Translations under genes and position numbers: made by a program
NCBI GenBank assembly: GCA_002011125.2
Contig: MTMF02000009.1
Span: 1,224,989 to 1,288,988 of the forward strand
DNA: 64,000 bases
Reading direction: 5' to 3'
Origin: Candidatus Hydrothermarchaeum profundi
GTDB lineage: Archaea > Hydrothermarchaeota > Hydrothermarchaeia > Hydrothermarchaeales > Hydrothermarchaeaceae
Part shown: positions 60,013 to 64,000 of the stretch, one piece after another
Position numbering within the stretch: the stretch's first letter is position 1
Layout: every line of letters starts with the position of its first letter
The notes under the pieces: generated by a model
Databases searched by the model: none
Seen by the model: the letters and a program-made list of their open reading frames with translations, nothing else
Told to the model about the DNA's origin: nothing

Positions 60013-60869
60013 AGACTACTTCCTTTGTTCCAGCTCATATTACTGGATTCTTTGAGATTTATTGGGATGAAGATATTTTAAAAACAGGGGCTCGGGGTGC
60101 CGGTGTAGTAATTGATAAAGGAGCCTATACTACGGTGGAAGTGAGAAAGGGGGAGGGTATTACGATTTTTGTTGATGGAAAACCTTGTGAATGTCAAACC
60201 ACAAAAAGTGTAATTAAATCTATTAGAATTTCGGAAGAATGCAATGTTAATGTATCTCACCGTACAGAGGTACCGGTAAAATACGGTTTTGGAGTTTCGG
60301 GGGCAGGGGCTCTTGGGGCGGCTTTAGCTCTTAATCGTGTGCTTAATTTGGGAATGGATATAACCCAATGTGGTGAAATAGCTCATCACGCTGAAGTTAT
60401 AAACAAAACCGGGCTTGGAGATGTGATAGCGGAAATTACCGGGGGATTGGTGATTAGAATGGAGCCAGGAGCGCCGGGCATAGGCAAAACAAAGGTAATA
60501 CCTTGCGAGGATTATATTGTTGCGTTTTTAGTTGGCGAGGAGATGGAAACTAAGGCGATTTTAGGAGATCCAAAAAAAATTAGGGATATCAATAGGATAG
60601 GCAGAGGGTGCGTTAAATTATTACAGAAGAAGCCTACAGTCAATAATTTTTTGAGACTTTCAAAATATTTTGCTTTTAAAACTGGACTAATGAGTAAAAA
60701 GGTTTATTCAGTAATTAAAAACTTAGAAAGAAAAGGAATCCCGTCATCAATGGTTATGCTTGGGAATGCTGTATTTACCATTACTAGTAGACCCGAGAAG
60801 GTCATAGAAAAGGTAGATTATAAGGCTATCCTCTCGGGAATAGACACGAGGGGGGGGAGGATTATATAA
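60009..60869 (+). CDS. Pantoate kinase (GHMP family)
   Basis: PAHITGFF, GARGAG, GFGVSGAG, AEV..TGLGDV, PGAPG, MLGN. Confidence 0.92.
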   Translation: MKTTSFVPAHITGFFEIYWDEDILKTGARGAGVVIDKGAYTTVEVRKGEGITIFVDGKPCECQTTKSVIKSIRISEECNVNVSHRTEVPVKYGFGVSGAGALGAALALNRVLNLGMDITQCGEIAHHAEVINKTGLGDVIAEITGGLVIRMEPGAPGIGKTKVIPCEDYIVAFLVGEEMETKAILGDPKKIRDINRIGRGCVKLLQKKPTVNNFLRLSKYFAFKTGLMSKKVYSVIKNLERKGIPSSMVMLGNAVFTITSRPEKVIEKVDYKAILSGIDTRGGRII

Positions 60870-60992
60870 AATGCTCTTCTGTAGTTCTTTTCATCGAAAT
60901 TCATATATTATTTAGTATCATAAAAAGAATATCGGAGGTGATAAGTCCGCTTCTTTACTACCCTATGATAAAGGATTTTACGGACATGTGAA

Positions 60993-61601
60993 ATGAAGAG
61001 TAACCTCTCATCCAGAGTTAGGACATATTTTTTCACAGGGTTGGCTATTTTCATCCCGCTTGTAGCAACGGTATATGTAGTGTGGATTGGTTTCAATTTC
61101 TTTGATGGCCTTATGAAGCCGTTAGTTAAGCCCATAGCGGGAGATGTTCCTGGCGTAAGCTTGATTGTTACAATAATAATGATAATAATTTTGGGAGCCT
61201 TTGGTAGGATCACTATAGGTGCAAAAATTATGAATTTTCTTGAGACAACTCTCTTAAGGATCCCTGTGGTCAGCACTATTTATTATGCTGTCAGGGAGGC
61301 TAGCGCACTTGTGCTGAAACAGGAAGAAAGAGGGTATAAAGCGGTGGTTTTAGTTGAGTATCCTAGAAAAGGCTCATATGTTATTGGTTTTTCTACTTCT
61401 TCTACCATTGAGGAAATTCAGAAAAAAACAGAAAAAGAGGTTATTAATGTATATGTGCCTACAACACCCAACCCAACCTCAGGGTTTCTTTTAATGCTGC
61501 CAAAGGAGGATATTGTACCCCTAGACATGACCATAGAGGAGGCTTTCAAGATAATAATGTCTGGAGGTTTAACTAAACAAAAAGACTATGGTGGAAAATA
61601 A
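60993..61601 (+). CDS. DUF502 family membrane protein
   Basis: RIPVVSTIY, VLVEYPRKG, VYVPTTPNPTSG, IMSGG. Confidence 0.92.
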   Translation: MKSNLSSRVRTYFFTGLAIFIPLVATVYVVWIGFNFFDGLMKPLVKPIAGDVPGVSLIVTIIMIIILGAFGRITIGAKIMNFLETTLLRIPVVSTIYYAVREASALVLKQEERGYKAVVLVEYPRKGSYVIGFSTSSTIEEIQKKTEKEVINVYVPTTPNPTSGFLLMLPKEDIVPLDMTIEEAFKIIMSGGLTKQKDYGGK

Positions 61602-62360
61602 TTGAAAATTCCTAGAGAGCACCCCAGGTATTTATCTTTGAAAGAGAGGCATAAACTAGTGGAAGGGTATCGTGATGGTGTTACTGCCTTAGCAGGGCTT
61701 ATTGCACATGGTAGAGGAGAGGCGTTTGACTATCTTATAGGTGAGAAAACTATACCTCCAGCCGTAAATGCTATTAAAGCAGGAGTTGCGGCGCTTCTGC
61801 TTGCTGATAGTCCTGTAATATCCGTTAACGGTAATACTGCGGCTCTCTGCCCCACAGAAATAGTTGAACTTTCAAAAATTGTTGGAGCGAAGATCGAGAT
61901 AAACCTGTTTTATCGGTCACAGGATAGAATTAAGAAAATAAGAGAAATTTTAATAAAAAACGGCGCAGATGAGGTTTATGGAGTTACTCCTACAAAGGAG
62001 ATTAGTGGGATATCTAGTGAGCGCAGATGGGCAGACAAAGACGGGATATACAGCAGTGATGTAGTGCTTGTGCCTCTCGAGGATGGCGATAGAACAGAGG
62101 CCTTGGTTAACTCCGGTAAAAAGGTTATAGCTATTGATCTTAACCCGCTTTCAAGAACCTCCCTTACGGCTAGTATAACAATTGTAGATAATGTTACAAG
62201 GGCAGTACCGATAATGATAAAGATTGCTGAAGAAATGAGAGGCTGGGATAATAGTGAGTTAAGGAGAGTTTTAGCGTCTTTTGACAACTACAAAAACCTT
62301 AGGGAGGTCTTGCTTGCTATTAAGACCCGGCTTGAAGAGATGGATTTCCCGCTTCAATAG
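61602..62360 (+). CDS. 4-phosphopantoate--beta-alanine ligase (phosphopantothenate synthetase)
   Basis: HPRYLSL, AHGRGEAFDYL, SVNGN, VPLEDGDR, IDLNPLSRT, VDNVTRA. Confidence 0.95.
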   Translation: MKIPREHPRYLSLKERHKLVEGYRDGVTALAGLIAHGRGEAFDYLIGEKTIPPAVNAIKAGVAALLLADSPVISVNGNTAALCPTEIVELSKIVGAKIEINLFYRSQDRIKKIREILIKNGADEVYGVTPTKEISGISSERRWADKDGIYSSDVVLVPLEDGDRTEALVNSGKKVIAIDLNPLSRTSLTASITIVDNVTRAVPIMIKIAEEMRGWDNSELRRVLASFDNYKNLREVLLAIKTRLEEMDFPLQ

Positions 62361-62371
62361 CTAATTTATTT

Positions 62372-62998
62372 CTACTCTTCGTCGATAACCATAACCTTTG
62401 TTTTGAAGTCAGTGTATCTTAGATATCCTTTATTTTTGCATTTTAAGTATCCAAGAAGGATATCAAGAGGGTAAAAGAATTTTCCAAGATTACGTATAAA
62501 ACTTGTTTTTAGCTCTATCTTTTTCCCGTTTTCATGGATAACTCGTGTGCCTGCGAAGTATTTTCCAGGGGTTCGCCCCATATAAGCTTCCATAAGAGTC
62601 CAAGCCGTTAATACAGCTATTATCAAGATAATTGCGATTTCTATTCTATCTACCAACATGGACGGCATACTAAAAAAGAAAATAAAATCTAGAAATGTGG
62701 TTGCTAACCTTTTCTTTTTAGACGCTTGGACAACTATGTCCTTACTGATATTGAATCTAGGAAGGTCTTTCATTATCTGGTAGGCGATCCTACCTTTTTC
62801 AGTCAGCCAGTATGTCCCGTTTGATGAAGATTTAACTAAGCCTTCTAACTCACGTAGCCTAGCATCTAATTGCCATGGACCTATTCTTAGGTATCTAAGC
62901 ATTTCGTCGTATGTCATATGTACCCCGTCGTGAAGTATCTCTATTATCCTAGCTCTAATGGGGTTTTCCAGTATTTTGAAGAAATTTTGCTCTTTCAA
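62372..62998 (-). CDS. ArsR-like winged HTH fused to RDD domain
   Basis: NPIRARIIEIL..LEGLV..YWLTEKG, then KRLATTFLD..GRTPGK..FIRN. Confidence 0.8.
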   Translation of the reverse strand: MKEQNFFKILENPIRARIIEILHDGVHMTYDEMLRYLRIGPWQLDARLRELEGLVKSSSNGTYWLTEKGRIAYQIMKDLPRFNISKDIVVQASKKKRLATTFLDFIFFFSMPSMLVDRIEIAIILIIAVLTAWTLMEAYMGRTPGKYFAGTRVIHENGKKIELKTSFIRNLGKFFYPLDILLGYLKCKNKGYLRYTDFKTKVMVIDEE

Positions 62999-63264
62999 TG
63001 CACCATCACCAAAATCACCTTCATTTACAACTATAGCGTGAAGTTTCTAGATTACTTTTTTGCATCTTTCTCTCTAAATCTTAATTTTCTCCGTAAAAGG
63101 TAAAAATATCCTCTTGCTAAATTTTAGATTTTTCTACTTCAAGGTGGAGATAAAAGTATACCTTAAATTAACTTCATTTTTTTTGTTTACATTTCTGTAT
63201 TTTTCTAGCACATAAATGTAAACCAATAATATTTGGTCACAGAAGTCAATAACATAATGGGAAA

Positions 63265-63621
63265 ATGAAGATAATGATCGTAGAGGATGATAGTGATATA
63301 CTGTTTCTATATAAATTGATTTTTAAAAAGGAAGGCTATGAAGTAATTGATGTATCGAGCGTTGAGGAGTGTTTCGAGAAGCTGGATAAAACATCTCCAG
63401 ATTTGGTTATTATAGATATTATGATGCCGGGTATGGACGGCCTAGAGGCATGTAAGAAGATTAAAGAGAAAAACAAGCAGAATCCTCGGGTTATTTTAAT
63501 CTCGGCTAGATGTGATGAAGAAGCAGTCCGTAAGAGCTTTGAGTACGCTAAAGCGGATGCGTATCTCTCTAAGCCTGTTAGTAGAAAAAAATTGATTGAA
63601 ACTATAAGGAGGTTTATATAA
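63265..63621 (+). CDS. Stand-alone response regulator receiver
   Basis: IVEDD, IIDIMMPGMDG, ISA, KP. Confidence 0.93.
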   Translation: MKIMIVEDDSDILFLYKLIFKKEGYEVIDVSSVEECFEKLDKTSPDLVIIDIMMPGMDGLEACKKIKEKNKQNPRVILISARCDEEAVRKSFEYAKADAYLSKPVSRKKLIETIRRFI

Positions 63622-63652
63622 TTCTTATTTAGTTGTGGCGGAGGCAGTAAAG

Positions 63653-64000
63653 TTGACTAAAGTAATGGTAGTAGACGATGAGGAAGATGTAAGAGAGATT
63701 GTGTCACTTATCTTAGAGAAAGAAGGGTTCGAAGTAGCTGTTGCTAGTAGTGGTGAAGACTGCTTACAGAGCCTTAACGAGGAAAACCCTGATCTGGTTC
63801 TTTTAGATGTTATGATGCCAGGCATTGACGGCTGGGAAACATGTAGTGAAATTAAGAAAAAAAGTGAGGTACCTGTGGTTATGTTGACTGTTAAATCAGC
63901 TGATGAAGACGTTATTAAAAGCTTTCAGCATATGTGCGATGCTCATGTAGGGAAGCCTATTATAAAAGAAAAATTAGTTAACACAATAAAATGGGTTCTA
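63653..64000 (+). CDS. Second receiver-domain protein (runs off window end)
   Basis: TTG start; KVMVVDDEED..LLDVMMPGIDGWE..VVMLT..GKPII. Confidence 0.88.
   Translation, partial: MTKVMVVDDEEDVREIVSLILEKEGFEVAVASSGEDCLQSLNEENPDLVLLDVMMPGIDGWETCSEIKKKSEVPVVMLTVKSADEDVIKSFQHMCDAHVGKPIIKEKLVNTIKWVL

Noticed and set aside
60850-60857. G8 tract (also G7 near 20967 and C7 near 58130) as phase-variation sites
   Set aside because: All in frame, encoding ordinary Gly/Pro codons, with no frameshifted ORFs

Overview
Gene-dense, AT-rich archaeal chromosomal window. Archaeal markers include RibC/RibL, pantoate kinase and phosphopantothenate synthetase, Dph5, type-2 IDI next to RNase J, tRNA-Arg(GCG) and TATA-type promoters. 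It is probably a euryarchaeote; the lineage cannot be fixed from sequence alone. Positions 1-26.6 kb are a large surface-glycosylation locus: AglH-like GlcNAc-1-P transferase, amino/uronic sugar synthesis, GT2/GT4/GT-C enzymes, Wzx, a carbamoyltransferase, two FemABX-like GNATs, ATP-grasp/HAD and an AlkP-family enzyme, bounded by tRNA-Arg. Positions 26.9-64 kb are mostly housekeeping genes (surE, fni, rnj, purE, rib, his, dph5, ilvD, CoA synthesis) with several accessory modules. Best candidates for undescribed biology: (1) a two-gene module between ribC and ribH encoding a lipobox-bearing, apparently exported protein-L-isoaspartate methyltransferase plus a polytopic membrane protein with a SAM-binding domain, with a perfect 18-bp palindrome at the pcm start (possible extracytoplasmic protein repair); (2) a six-gene operon with an atypical MinD/TadZ, three helical proteins, a Cys-rich secretion ATPase and a large GspF/TadC-like protein, but no pilin; (3) a winged-helix-FAD synthase fusion; (4) a TFS/RpoM paralogue lacking its catalytic ribbon; (5) a Cys-rich, Ca-motif surface protein coupled to cooC. 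No CRISPR array, transposase or integrase was seen. All family calls are motif recognition by eye; no searches were run.
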